A stretch of 64,000 bases of DNA from a virus: IMG/VR virus record IMGVR_UViG_3300030019_000008. One strand, written 5' to 3'. The notes under the pieces are model-generated. The model made no database searches and was not told the origin of the DNA. It worked only from the letters and a program-made list of their open reading frames with translations. The position numbers were made by a program, and so were the translations under genes. Shown piece after piece: positions 50,159-60,432 of the stretch (positions are counted from its first letter, which is position 1; each line of letters starts with the position of its first letter).

Positions 50159-50566
50159 TTACACCTTGATCGCGACTGATGCAGTGGTAAAGCCGGCTTG
50201 CACAAGTGCTGCCAGCACAGCACCGAGCTTGTCACTGGTGATACCGGGGATGGTAGCCACGATCGTCACAGACTCAACCTGAACGATAGTGCTATCCTTG
50301 ATCCAGGGTTCAGGGATGATGACCTTGGAACCAGACTGGGTCAGGAATGTGAAGTATCGGTACTGCGACGGGTCATCAGGCGTACCAGACGGCAGGTACG
50401 GATATGCCTTGGCGTGGTTTGCAGCCACATCAAAGCCCGCGGCTTGAGCCGAAGAGTAATCAGTGATGCCCAGGAGCTTGGCAGCTTGCTGATTGCCATA
50501 GAGCGATGCCGGATAGAGATCGAACGAATACGAATTCAGAACAGACATGACGATCGATGTCGACAT
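50159..50566 (-). CDS. Conserved hypothetical protein (gp49-like)
   Basis: 135 aa upstream of the polymerase. Confidence 0.65.
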   Translation of the reverse strand: MSTSIVMSVLNSYSFDLYPASLYGNQQAAKLLGITDYSSAQAAGFDVAANHAKAYPYLPSGTPDDPSQYRYFTFLTQSGSKVIIPEPWIKDSTIVQVESVTIVATIPGITSDKLGAVLAALVQAGFTTASVAIKV

Positions 50567-50611
50567 TTAACACTCCGAAATAAAAAAAAGAGGTGGGTTA
50601 CACCTCTTGAA

Positions 50612-51055
50612 TTAAATGGCAAAACGAAATGCTTGGTCAACTTCACGCTCGAGCGTAACGCTGGACATGTATTTCGTTTTGACGCATCTGTAGGGGAACA
50701 TGCCGCCGACGTAGCAACCCAACTCCCTCAATTGCCTGAAGACCAGTTGAGCGCAGTCCTGCAGCCTCTGCTGTATGTAGTCTCGGCTTTTGGATGTCTG
50801 ATACCGAGGACCGAAGTACTGAAACTCGACGTCGTATGCGAATGCTGCAAACGCATACATGACATCATCCTCAACGCTCATAGCATTCATGAGCTTGATA
50901 ATTATTTCCTCGACCTCATCTTCAGTGAGCACAGGATCTCTCACTATTTGAAGATCCCTCAAAGGCCTCAATGCATCAGCCAGATCCAGCGTCAGGAATG
51001 CCGGAAATTTCATCATGGCAATACCAGTGTCAGAGTGAGAACATCGTCGCACCAC
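50612..51055 (-). CDS. Hypothetical protein
   Basis: Probable start at MMKFP. Confidence 0.6.
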   Translation of the reverse strand: MVRRCSHSDTGIAMMKFPAFLTLDLADALRPLRDLQIVRDPVLTEDEVEEIIIKLMNAMSVEDDVMYAFAAFAYDVEFQYFGPRYQTSKSRDYIQQRLQDCAQLVFRQLRELGCYVGGMFPYRCVKTKYMSSVTLEREVDQAFRFAI

Positions 51056-51438
51056 TTTCTGTGACGGACAACATATTCACACGGAGGCATCGACTTTGCC
51101 AGCATCTTTCCAACAGCAGCATCGATGTCTTCAATTGCTATCTCCAACACATCGACCGAGTTAGGTGATATCGTCCTACCCTTCATGAACCGAAAGGAGT
51201 ATGCATCTAGATCATGAAGTGCTATCTGGAGCAGATCATCGTACTCGTAATAGTTGGCCGGCTGATAATCCTTGGAAATCTTCAACCATCTGTCGATTGA
51301 TGCATCGACCAAATCAGTGATACCGCGCCGATAGAAGAAAAAGAGAGCTTTGTAATTGGAGAACTCACTTATCAACTCAGCTGTGGGTAATACAAATGCG
51401 GGAATGGTCAGATCACGCACTTTTTCTCTTGTGTACAC
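51013..51438 (-). CDS. Hypothetical protein
   Basis: 141-aa ORF in a tight operon. Confidence 0.6.
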   Translation of the reverse strand: MYTREKVRDLTIPAFVLPTAELISEFSNYKALFFFYRRGITDLVDASIDRWLKISKDYQPANYYEYDDLLQIALHDLDAYSFRFMKGRTISPNSVDVLEIAIEDIDAAVGKMLAKSMPPCEYVVRHRKWCDDVLTLTLVLP

Positions 51439-51809
51439 TCACAATCCTCCGTTATGTTGAACACCAGATCATAGTTCCTACCAACCACATCGTAGCTGTA
51501 GGAATAGAGAGCGCCTTTAATTCTCAGATCTTCGATTTTCTCAAAGACCCCATCAAGGCGTTCAATAAGCTCCAGATACATCCGATGTTCAATCCATGCT
51601 ACGGTTGAGATATCAAGTCCCAGTCTCAGCAATGTGGTCCGACACGAACTCTTTTCAATCTGTCCGCTTTCGGTGCTGTCAAGAAGCTCCTTGACGAAAT
51701 ACCCAAGGTACTCATAGACATTGAGTCTGAAGGTAGATACCCCGTATTCTGCCAGAGTGAGCTTAAACCACTCAGCTACATCCCGTAAGCAGATGATGGA
51801 GCGACCCAC
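51408..51809 (-). CDS. Hypothetical protein (start uncertain)
   Basis: 3' part of the 197-aa ORF; GTG start assumed. Confidence 0.5.
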   Translation of the reverse strand: MGRSIICLRDVAEWFKLTLAEYGVSTFRLNVYEYLGYFVKELLDSTESGQIEKSSCRTTLLRLGLDISTVAWIEHRMYLELIERLDGVFEKIEDLRIKGALYSYSYDVVGRNYDLVFNITEDCECTQEKKCVI

Positions 51810-52452
51810 CTTTAGATTCGTGCTCCTGCCCACCGTTTCGCATCTCCCACTCGATGATGCGGTAGTCTCCAAGGTCCTCGATAAAGAGGTTCTCTCCCTT
51901 TCGCTTCGGCTCAAAAACGGTCCAGGTTCTGGTTCCTGTAAACTCGCGAACCTGATTGATGAGTTCACAGTCATGCTCCTTAACGATGTCGTAGAAGTCA
52001 ACGTACTCCAAGTAACCTTGAGTAATGAACTCCTGGTATGCCCTGATCAAATACTGGTCAGAGTTCACATTGTCGAACTCGGAAATGCCGGTAATGAAAC
52101 CGGATACCGACGCCAGAAGAATGCTTCTCGAATGTGCGGGAATAGTGGGCGTGAGGGATAAGAATCGCTCACGGTTTGCCGTGATGATCCTGGGAATCAA
52201 AGTCCCTCCCTTGCAATCGACTACCTCGCCAGCGATGTCCTTATAGCTCATCACCGGCCGCTTGATCAAACGGCTGCCATTTTGAATGAGTGAGAAAGCA
52301 GTGACCTTCCCTTCATTGTCTTCGGGCATCGTGAGGATCGGCGATTCTTTACCAACCCGGTAGACACCACGCTGGTAAGGCTTCAGGCACAACTCCAAAT
52401 CTTTTTCCAGGCCATGTGCGAATTGGTCTAGTGGTATGACGAGTCTTCTCAT
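51772..52452 (-). CDS. Conserved hypothetical protein
   Basis: 226 aa, DLGDYRI motif near the C-terminus. Confidence 0.65.
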   Translation of the reverse strand: MRRLVIPLDQFAHGLEKDLELCLKPYQRGVYRVGKESPILTMPEDNEGKVTAFSLIQNGSRLIKRPVMSYKDIAGEVVDCKGGTLIPRIITANRERFLSLTPTIPAHSRSILLASVSGFITGISEFDNVNSDQYLIRAYQEFITQGYLEYVDFYDIVKEHDCELINQVREFTGTRTWTVFEPKRKGENLFIEDLGDYRIIEWEMRNGGQEHESKGGSLHHLLTGCS

Positions 52453-52454
52453 TT

Positions 52455-52856
52455 TTATCGTGCCTGTGATTCAAACGCCGGCGTAGACCGAGCCGCGTAA
52501 TAGCTGATGTGGATGTTAGTCCCATTCAGAAATACGTTTACTTCATTGTCCTGGAAGATCTGCGGTGACCTGATGAATTGTGTGAAGAGTACATGCAGAT
52601 TCGGACAACGCTTGAGGAGCTCGTAATAGAGATCTTCGTGGTTCTTGCTCCTGTAGTTGAAATTTTGCACTTGCAGCAACATGCAGTCCTCGATGTGGCG
52701 GCAGCACAACCACCAAATGAAGTCCTGAATAGATACTTGCAAGCCTAGCTGTTCACACATCGGGTCGTTATACAGATCCGTAATGATGGGGAGCAGCATT
52801 ACATTCAATTGATCGATGTTCTGGATCAAAAGACATTGTTGTACTTTCTCACTCAT
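52455..52856 (-). CDS. Conserved hypothetical protein
   Basis: 133 aa, GGAG RBS. Confidence 0.65.
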   Translation of the reverse strand: MSEKVQQCLLIQNIDQLNVMLLPIITDLYNDPMCEQLGLQVSIQDFIWWLCCRHIEDCMLLQVQNFNYRSKNHEDLYYELLKRCPNLHVLFTQFIRSPQIFQDNEVNVFLNGTNIHISYYAARSTPAFESQAR

Positions 52857-52937
52857 ATAAGCTCCCAGCGCATATCACGCTATCCTTCTACAGGATAGCG
52901 TGATAGCGTCAGAAAATACTTCGCTTACTTGTGCTTC

Positions 52938-53957
52938 TTACAGCACCAGGGAACTGCCGCCGGAGCTCTCGATGTCGTCACCGGCAATGATGCCGAATGC
53001 CGACGTGACACGCGCATCGCGGGTTTCACGCAGTTCTTCGACCATGCTGTTGAGCCGGCCGGCGATCTGCTTGAAGCTGTTGGTGCGGATGACGCAGTGC
53101 AGCGGCAGCGTAGCCGACATCGTGACCGGAGCCTTTTCGATGTAGCCGATGTAGTGGCTTTCGCACTTGAACGGCAGGGCTTCGAAAGACTCGTCTTCAG
53201 CGATCGTGAGAACGCTGATGATGTCGCTGACGCCTTCATTGATCTCGTTGGTATGGAAGTCCAGCGCAGCGAGCTGAGGGCCGTGCGAGGTCACCGTCGG
53301 AAAGTTCAGCCAGTTAGTGATGTCGGCCAGGTCCAGACGACGATTGCGACGAGAGAACACAGCGGCCAGGAAGGAGATGACCGTGGTGATGTTCTGGTTC
53401 ACGATCTTGATCGGGGTTACTTCCGAGTTTTCCTGGTAGTACAGGCAGACCGGCATGTCGTTGTTGCGGGCGACCATTTCGTAGCTCTTGAGCGTCTTGA
53501 GCGTGTTTTCGGCGCGCTGATAGGTATCGGTGCCGCCGACAAGCAGAACAACAGTGGGGAGCTTGCGCTTCAGGAGTTCTTCCGTGAGGGCCGGAGCGAT
53601 GACCGAACCCGAACCGCCACCACCGCTGGAGAGCACGATGTTGAAGTCGAGCGGACGCAGGCGTTGCAGGATGTCCTTGGTGCGGCGCTGGATTTCCGGA
53701 GCATTGGCCGCACGCAGACCACCGGAACCGTCAACGCCTTCGATGACGTAGCAGGACGAGCGCGGAGTATCGGACTTGAAGTTCGAGTAGCTCGTGTCGA
53801 TGAAGCTCATCGACACATTGGCGAAGGCATCAGCGGCCTGGCCGACGTACTTCATGAGGCAGTTCTGACCGATCGAAACACCAGCGCCACCGCAGGCGTA
53901 GATCATGACGCGGCCTTTTTCGGGGAGGGTGATCGTGCTGGTTTCTTGCTGTTCCAT
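52938..53957 (-). CDS. phuZ: Phage tubulin PhuZ
   Basis: YACGGAG, IDTS, DGSGGLR and GGGSGS tubulin signature motifs. Confidence 0.92.
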   Translation of the reverse strand: MEQQETSTITLPEKGRVMIYACGGAGVSIGQNCLMKYVGQAADAFANVSMSFIDTSYSNFKSDTPRSSCYVIEGVDGSGGLRAANAPEIQRRTKDILQRLRPLDFNIVLSSGGGGSGSVIAPALTEELLKRKLPTVVLLVGGTDTYQRAENTLKTLKSYEMVARNNDMPVCLYYQENSEVTPIKIVNQNITTVISFLAAVFSRRNRRLDLADITNWLNFPTVTSHGPQLAALDFHTNEINEGVSDIISVLTIAEDESFEALPFKCESHYIGYIEKAPVTMSATLPLHCVIRTNSFKQIAGRLNSMVEELRETRDARVTSAFGIIAGDDIESSGGSSLVL

Positions 53958-54047
53958 CGTGTTTCCTTTCGAAACTTAGTTGGGAGTAATTCAAAAGAAA
54001 TGAGTCCGTAGTATTTTTATTGCCCGGACTCAGATGACAAAAAGTGT

Positions 54048-54467
54048 TTAGTACAGATGCTTGTCGAGGTGCGATGCTTTTCTCAGTGAGTACCTGCGCC
54101 GCTCAACACGTCTGATCCGGGTGCTCAAAATCGCATGTCGGCGCTCAGCGTTGATCAAGCCATTGCGAGTTCCCTTAGCAAGCTTGCTCACATAGGTGGA
54201 GAGCGCTTTGCTGTTGGTAGCTATACCGGAGTTCATCTCGGCGAGCACAGTAAACTTTTCCTCCAATATACGAACTCCTCGACTAAAATCCTGAAGCAAT
54301 GCTTCTTTTTGACCATTGCTCCGAATTTGATTATCACCGTGTTTTACGATGGCTTTTCCAAGAGCCAAAATTCTTTTGTCCTGTTCCTTATACAGGCTCC
54401 AGAAATGGATCGAGACAGTCACAGCTACACCGACGATAAAGATGACCAGCGTGTATCCTTCCATCAC
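54048..54467 (-). CDS. Membrane-anchored coiled-coil protein
   Basis: N-terminal TM helix. Confidence 0.6.
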   Translation of the reverse strand: MMEGYTLVIFIVGVAVTVSIHFWSLYKEQDKRILALGKAIVKHGDNQIRSNGQKEALLQDFSRGVRILEEKFTVLAEMNSGIATNSKALSTYVSKLAKGTRNGLINAERRHAILSTRIRRVERRRYSLRKASHLDKHLY

Positions 54468-55267
54468 AACCTCGCCGTAGTGATGCCGGTCTGACCGAAG
54501 TACTTGCGAGACTTGTCGTACGGGTTTTCAGATGGCTCATTGCCCTTGAAGAACATGAACTGAGCGATGCCTTGGTTGGCATAGACCTTCAGAGGCAGTG
54601 GGCTGCCATTGGCAATCTCGATCACCACCTGGCCTTCGAAGCCCGGTTCGATAGGAGTGACATTCACCAATCCAGCAAGCCTTGCCATGGTGCTCTTACC
54701 GACACATACCACCATGACGTCGTTGGGGATGCGAAAGTACTCCACCGTAGGGGCCAGTGCGTAGGAGTTCGGAGGAATGATGACTGAATCACCCTCGAAA
54801 TCCACGTAACAATCATCACTGACGTTGAGCGGGTCAATCAGGGAGTTGTTGATGTTGGTGAAGATCTTGAACTTGGGCTGGAGGCGGACATCATAGCCGA
54901 ATGATGAAGTGCCGTAAGAGAGGATCTTCTTCCCATTCTCTTCACGAACTTGGCCCGGCACAAACGGCTCGATCATCGGCTTCCAGTTTGCGAGCTCTTC
55001 TTCGGTGAGCTTCGTATAGACGTCGATACCCATCTCGGCAGCAGTCATCGAGACATCGGAGAGCTGGCCAGTGGGAGGAACAGCAACTTCCTCATTGAAG
55101 AATGAGGCATCACCACCTGCTGAGAGCATCTCCTGGACACTGATCTGATGCTTTTCCACATCAGAGATCTTGTGACCGAGGTACTCAATACCGCCGGTAG
55201 GTGATTTCACCTTGTGAGTGGGAGTGATACACTGGTTACGAATCCAGCGATCAGACATGATAGACAT
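54464..55267 (-). CDS. dcd: dCTP deaminase with N-terminal insertion
   Basis: [27 protein letters not shown] and Y.GQTGIT motifs. Confidence 0.92.
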   Translation of the reverse strand: MSIMSDRWIRNQCITPTHKVKSPTGGIEYLGHKISDVEKHQISVQEMLSAGGDASFFNEEVAVPPTGQLSDVSMTAAEMGIDVYTKLTEEELANWKPMIEPFVPGQVREENGKKILSYGTSSFGYDVRLQPKFKIFTNINNSLIDPLNVSDDCYVDFEGDSVIIPPNSYALAPTVEYFRIPNDVMVVCVGKSTMARLAGLVNVTPIEPGFEGQVVIEIANGSPLPLKVYANQGIAQFMFFKGNEPSENPYDKSRKYFGQTGITTARL

Positions 55268-55329
55268 AAGTTCTCCTGTATACGGATAAGAATTGCGAAA
55301 TCATCTGATACTAAAACAGGCTCGTTAAT

Positions 55330-55348
55330 GTAATGAGTGCCTGAAAAA
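55330..55348 (-). promoter_or_regulatory. Putative early promoter
   Basis: Identical 19-mer to 30917-30935. Confidence 0.7.
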
Positions 55349-55364
55349 ATTTGGAGTAGCGATT

Positions 55365-56171
55365 ATGAACCCTATCTCGAAAGCTCTTGACGACATCGTT
55401 CGTTTCAAGATTCCCAGACAAATTCTGGAAGCAGCGTTTCTGAGCATAACAGGTGACTGGTGGATAAAAAATACCAGCTTGGATAAAGCAATCTACGATA
55501 CAGTAGTCGTCCCCAGGATTCTTGTGGACGCCAATCTGATCGGTGGGGTGGAAGCTTATGTCCCGCTCTATGGTGTTGATACTGAGCGTGTCAATGACTA
55601 TACCCAGGTCTACTACATCCCCAAGTCTCTCACACAAGGCCGATCCATCATCAGTGTAAACAACATCACATTCAATGATCCCACATACGCCACGAGTTAC
55701 GGTGCTGCTGCTAGTGGCAACAACTCAGTGATGCTTCGTGGTGCTCAGGCGATGGTTGATGCAATGGGGACAATTCCGGTCACATCCACAGCCAACGTCC
55801 AGCTTATTGCTGAAAATACCGTGATGGTCAGAGACAGCATTCTGTTGCCAGCCAATATCTTCCTGCGCTGCCAGCTTGCCAATGATGAGAACCTGTCCAA
55901 TCTACAACCTCGCAGTTACAAGTACCTGTCCAAACTGATCTTGCTCGCTGTGCAGTCGTACATCTACAATACACTGAAGATGCGCATTGACATGAATGAG
56001 CTGGTAGGTGGTCAGTCCCTCGGTGTTTTCAAAGACATCGTTGACAAGTACGAAGAAGCTGAACAGCAATACGAGGAGTATCGAGACACTACCATGGCAA
56101 AGGTCTTCTTCCTCAACGACCGCGAGAAGCTCACTCGTTTCATCAAGTTCAAGACCGGCACATTCCGTTAA
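55365..56171 (+). CDS. Conserved virion structural protein
   Basis: 268 aa, GGAG RBS; synteny near tail genes. Confidence 0.6.
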   Translation: MNPISKALDDIVRFKIPRQILEAAFLSITGDWWIKNTSLDKAIYDTVVVPRILVDANLIGGVEAYVPLYGVDTERVNDYTQVYYIPKSLTQGRSIISVNNITFNDPTYATSYGAAASGNNSVMLRGAQAMVDAMGTIPVTSTANVQLIAENTVMVRDSILLPANIFLRCQLANDENLSNLQPRSYKYLSKLILLAVQSYIYNTLKMRIDMNELVGGQSLGVFKDIVDKYEEAEQQYEEYRDTTMAKVFFLNDREKLTRFIKFKTGTFR

Positions 56172-56179
56172 GGAAAGAA

Positions 56180-56218
56180 ATCCATACAGTAGAGGCATTG
56201 AGCCTCTACTGTATGGAT
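56180..56218. terminator. Bidirectional hairpin between convergent genes
   Basis: ATCCATACAGTAGAGGC / GCCTCTACTGTATGGAT. Confidence 0.7.
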
Positions 56219-56226
56219 ATGCCGTA

Positions 56227-56769
56227 TTACTTCTTCGAGAAGGATTCGAGTGCCGATTGCAAATTCCGAAATACGGGAATGTTCATTCGAACAGCCATGC
56301 TCTCCAGAACAGCGGAGAGTTCAGACTGGTCATTGATGTCGATTTCCTTGGTGGGATCTTCTTCATTGGGATCGGAGTAGTCAATCACCAACACGAAGTT
56401 GTGCTTCTCACCAGACTTCTTGACCACCTCAACGATATCGCCGTCGTTGATGTCACAGGCCGATGCACCATAGAGAGTGGTGCCAGCAGGCGGGGCTGCA
56501 TAGGTCACTTTCTTACTGATCAGTGCTTGTAGAGCGCGATTGGCAATAGTCGCATCAACCTGCTGGGTTTCGGTAGCTGCCCGCACATCGGTAGCATTAC
56601 CTTCAGCGTGATTGCTCAGAGTGATGTTGATGTGGTCAGGATTGGGATCATCCTTATTGTAGACCGAGTTGAGTGCCTGGAAGTAAACATTCGAGAGAGG
56701 TCCTTCGAGCTTGATGTCGTCGCTCTTATCCTCTTCGGCTGCTACCAGACCACGAAAATTACGAGTCAT
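56227..56769 (-). CDS. Hypothetical (putative head) protein
   Basis: 180 aa; AAE, ATE and ALE motifs. Confidence 0.6.
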   Translation of the reverse strand: MTRNFRGLVAAEEDKSDDIKLEGPLSNVYFQALNSVYNKDDPNPDHINITLSNHAEGNATDVRAATETQQVDATIANRALQALISKKVTYAAPPAGTTLYGASACDINDGDIVEVVKKSGEKHNFVLVIDYSDPNEEDPTKEIDINDQSELSAVLESMAVRMNIPVFRNLQSALESFSKK

Positions 56770-56805
56770 TCGAATACCTCGTTATGAATGGTTGGCTCAT
56801 AGGAA

Positions 56806-57117
56806 TTAGACACTCCTGTGAAAGAGATACCACTTCCCATCACTGGATGCATCCTCGTCATAAACCAACACTGTGTCATTACGTCCGAATGAAATAGCAC
56901 CATTCTTGACCAGCTTCTCATCCACATAAGGAAAGAGATCAATCGCTGTGATGCGGGAGAGCTTCTTGATATCTTTGCGAGCTTTCACCACCACTTTCAT
57001 TTCACGGGATGCACCAATACCATCGAGTGGGTTGATCAGTACCGTGCTTTCGAATTTGGCATGATTGCTCTGCATTCCACGAAAGACTACATCAAATGAG
57101 TTTGCAATATAAAGCAT
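56806..57117 (-). CDS. Hypothetical protein
   Basis: 103-aa ORF. Confidence 0.55.
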   Translation of the reverse strand: MLYIANSFDVVFRGMQSNHAKFESTVLINPLDGIGASREMKVVVKARKDIKKLSRITAIDLFPYVDEKLVKNGAISFGRNDTVLVYDEDASSDGKWYLFHRSV

Positions 57118-57246
57118 TTGCTTGCCTTTGAATAAAGAAGTGCGGCATAATAAAAAAGATGGACCCTACAAAAAAGCTCAAGGGAATAAGCTTTAATGCA
57201 GGGTCCGGAAGCCACACATGAGGCAGAAAGGAACTGAGGTGCTGCG

Positions 57247-58113
57247 TTAAACGGAAACAGCCTTGTTACGCATCGTGTCGATACCGGCCGAGTAGCCAGA
57301 CGAGGATGCGGCGGTGATGTCCGAGCTGATCGCGTCGATGAATGCGGCGCGGTTGTTCGGGTTGGCATTGACGATGTTCATGGCGTCGAGCAGCTTCTGG
57401 CAGAACTGATCCACACCGACGCCGACCTGGTAAACACCAGCCCATTGCACGTCGTAGGTCGTTTCTTCGGAAGCAGCCGTGATTTCACGACGACCCACTG
57501 CATCACCGGTAACCTTCGGCCACATGCCAGTTCCGAGCCACGACTGAACCACCTTGGTGTGGGTGGGATCAGGTTCGAAGAAGGCGATAGTGCAGCCGAA
57601 CATGTCCATGAGCATGTCGGTGGGCTTGTTGGACAGAGTGCCGATGGCTGCGAAGTTGGTATCCGGGTCCAGGATCAAGTTACGGATGTAACTCGACAGG
57701 AAACGGAAGACCGGCTTGCCATAGCGTTCAGGCCAGCGCATCGTGACCTGGGAACGGGCACGAGTAGTCTTGACCGGGTGCTCCATCATTTCGCCAGCGG
57801 CGCCGATAGGAGTTTCCACAGTCTGGACTTCAAGACCCTGAGCCAGGCCGTCGATGGTAAGAGCCTGCCGTTCAACGAGTTCACGAAGAGCGGCGTAGTA
57901 GTACGAGCTATTGGGCAGATACGAGAAGCCCTTCGGGCCTTCGATCACAACAGCGATGAGGTTGCTGCGGATGTGAAGCTGAGCGCTGAGCAGTTGCGAC
58001 AGGTCACTCACATAACCCAGCTGACCACCTGTTCCCAGGTTGAGCATGGTGTTCTGTGCGCCCTGCGCATATGCGTTGCTAGCACCCAGCAACGTGTCAG
58101 TTTGACGTGACAT
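57247..58113 (-). CDS. Tail tube protein (gp30-like)
   Basis: 288 aa directly downstream of the sheath; EPDP...W.G.GMWPK. Confidence 0.8.
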   Translation of the reverse strand: MSRQTDTLLGASNAYAQGAQNTMLNLGTGGQLGYVSDLSQLLSAQLHIRSNLIAVVIEGPKGFSYLPNSSYYYAALRELVERQALTIDGLAQGLEVQTVETPIGAAGEMMEHPVKTTRARSQVTMRWPERYGKPVFRFLSSYIRNLILDPDTNFAAIGTLSNKPTDMLMDMFGCTIAFFEPDPTHTKVVQSWLGTGMWPKVTGDAVGRREITAASEETTYDVQWAGVYQVGVGVDQFCQKLLDAMNIVNANPNNRAAFIDAISSDITAASSSGYSAGIDTMRNKAVSV

Positions 58114-58194
58114 GTGCTTTTCCTTTAATGTCAGAAGTCATTAGGGGAGGAATATCTCTACCCCTCCCCTAGGAGAGATGACGAAGTCGGTGGA

Positions 58195-60432
58195 TTAGGC
58201 CGTCGTCGAAGAAGCGGCATCGAGTGTGTCCTTGCGGTACACATCCAGATACAGCTCTTCCACAGTCTTCATGTTCGGCGCACCCAGCTTGACCTGCAGG
58301 GTCCAAACATATCCCTTCGACTTCTGATCGGTGCTGATGTACGCATTCGGAATGATCGTGTAGACGTTCGTGAAGCGGTCCTTGATCAGTTCCTTGTAGC
58401 GGGCATTGACAGCATCGATGAACTGGTCATCGGTCAGGGTAGTGGAGCCAGAGAACTCACGCCAGATGCGTTCGCCGATCTTGTTCAGCTCGCAGCACAG
58501 CATGACTGTGAGGAAGCTGTTGAGCACCGACGTATCCGAGAGGCTGTCGCCACCGTAGATGGTCTTCAGAGCCGGGATGAAGAACTGCCGGCGATCGAAA
58601 GCACCCACCCAGTTCATGCCGATTTCCCAGTCGCGGTTGCGGGTAGCAGCACCGATGAACTCAACGTTCAAGTTCTTGAACATCGTGATCATGGAGTTCG
58701 GATAGCGATCGAAGAAACTCGCTTCCTTCCAGATGCCATCAGCAGCACCCATGCATTCCGCAGCCTTGGAGGCGATCTCGACGGCAACAGGCAGACGACC
58801 ACGCCAGTTGCTGCTCAGCAGGTTGCCAGAGCGGCCCATGATCAGGCCACGAACGGCCTTCGTACCCCAGTAGACCGATTCCGGATAGTTCTTCAGATAG
58901 GCATTGAGAGCCACAGATCGCGAGTACTCATTCGCTTCTGAGAGCTTCTCACCAACAGCATGAGTCGCCAGGAAGATGAACGTGTTCTTGCGAACCGAGA
59001 TGAACTGAGCCAGAGCCTTCTTCGTATCGAGCTGGAAGCCCGTGTCGTAGATGATGCATTCCGGGTGCAGAGCCGAGTCCGTGAACTCGGAGAGCTCATC
59101 AGCATAGACCGCGATATGGCTCGTGACCAGCTTGTTGAGCATTGCATCGTCCATCGTGCCATCCGAGCCGCCTTGGGCATAGATGGTGGCCGACTCACTG
59201 AACCGGAACGCGTCAACATCCGAGTAATTCAGTTCGAATGCGTGGTACGGCTGGTTGGCAGAAGTGACGGCCGACAGGATGTTGAAACGCCATTCTTCAT
59301 CAGCGGTTTCATCGAAGTCGGTGTAATCATCGCCAACATGCTTGACTTCTTCTGCATAAAGCAGATTGATCACTTCAGCGAGGTTGTCCTCATAGACGTG
59401 GATCTGGCCGAACGGACCGTAGACCGGAGTCGTGGTGATGTCATCGAGCGACTGGTAGGCCGGGAGCAGGATGTCGCCAATGTAGCGTTCAGCTTCATAG
59501 GTGGAGTCCATAGCACCGGGCTTCAGAGCCACATCGACATACTGATCGCCAGCAATGGTCGAAGTGATCGTCGAGGTCTGGTTGATATCGTCCTTGTACA
59601 GGAGTTGTGCCACCAGCGGATAGATCTTGTCCTTGGTCAGCAGGTTCTTGTTGATCGGCATCTGGGAATCATCGGTCGGCGCATACATACGCAGACCAAC
59701 ATTGTTACCATCTTGACCGAAGAACGGAACTGCGATGTCGAACATCGGGTACATGATGGATTGAGCACCAGCAGCGCCATTGGCAGCTGTGTCAATCATC
59801 GTGCCTTCTTGCTGCACACCCAGACCGATTTCCAGATTGCGTGACGTCACCACTATCATGGTGTTGCCATCGAAAGCGCGCTTGACATAGGCATCACCGT
59901 CTTCCGACGTCGCCCAGTCATAGGTCGAAGAGTAAACCACCTCTTCAACGCCACCTTCGACCGGGATGGCCTTGGCAATCCACTTGCCGCGATAGCCGGG
60001 GATGGTGCCGCCGGTCTTGATCCGATTGCCATCGGTGTCGAGCATGTACTTGCCGTCGGAACCGCGCCGGTATTCGGTGAGGTTGGTCTTGAGCAGATCC
60101 AGGTAGATGCGGATGCTCGGACGAGGACCGGCATCCTGCGGCTTCAGGCGACGAATGATCTGGGGGTTGGCCTGATCATTGAGCTTGTTCGAGAGAACGG
60201 TTTGGTGTGTGGCGTACTTCTTCCGGAGATCGAAAGAATCACTGCCATACATCGTGGTGCGAGAATTGCCGCTGACCAGCTGATCCGTAGTGGGGCCTCG
60301 CTTCGCAAAAAGAAAGACTTTTGCAAGGTGGGAAGGGATAGCTTCCGCGGCGACACTCGCCGCGGTGGTGCTGTCATCCTTCATGCCCAACTGGATCGTC
60401 ATCGGCGCCGCATTTTTCATCAATGCTGACAT
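58195..60432 (-). CDS. Contractile tail sheath protein (gp29-like)
   Basis: 745 aa; YDTGF..DTK, PES.YWGT and PALKTIY segments. Confidence 0.85.
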   Translation of the reverse strand: MSALMKNAAPMTIQLGMKDDSTTAASVAAEAIPSHLAKVFLFAKRGPTTDQLVSGNSRTTMYGSDSFDLRKKYATHQTVLSNKLNDQANPQIIRRLKPQDAGPRPSIRIYLDLLKTNLTEYRRGSDGKYMLDTDGNRIKTGGTIPGYRGKWIAKAIPVEGGVEEVVYSSTYDWATSEDGDAYVKRAFDGNTMIVVTSRNLEIGLGVQQEGTMIDTAANGAAGAQSIMYPMFDIAVPFFGQDGNNVGLRMYAPTDDSQMPINKNLLTKDKIYPLVAQLLYKDDINQTSTITSTIAGDQYVDVALKPGAMDSTYEAERYIGDILLPAYQSLDDITTTPVYGPFGQIHVYEDNLAEVINLLYAEEVKHVGDDYTDFDETADEEWRFNILSAVTSANQPYHAFELNYSDVDAFRFSESATIYAQGGSDGTMDDAMLNKLVTSHIAVYADELSEFTDSALHPECIIYDTGFQLDTKKALAQFISVRKNTFIFLATHAVGEKLSEANEYSRSVALNAYLKNYPESVYWGTKAVRGLIMGRSGNLLSSNWRGRLPVAVEIASKAAECMGAADGIWKEASFFDRYPNSMITMFKNLNVEFIGAATRNRDWEIGMNWVGAFDRRQFFIPALKTIYGGDSLSDTSVLNSFLTVMLCCELNKIGERIWREFSGSTTLTDDQFIDAVNARYKELIKDRFTNVYTIIPNAYISTDQKSKGYVWTLQVKLGAPNMKTVEELYLDVYRKDTLDAASSTTA

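Noticed and set aside
54464-55267. dCTP deaminase as evidence for a uracil-containing genome
   Set aside because: Dcd is common in thymine-DNA phages for dTTP supply; nothing else in the window supports it
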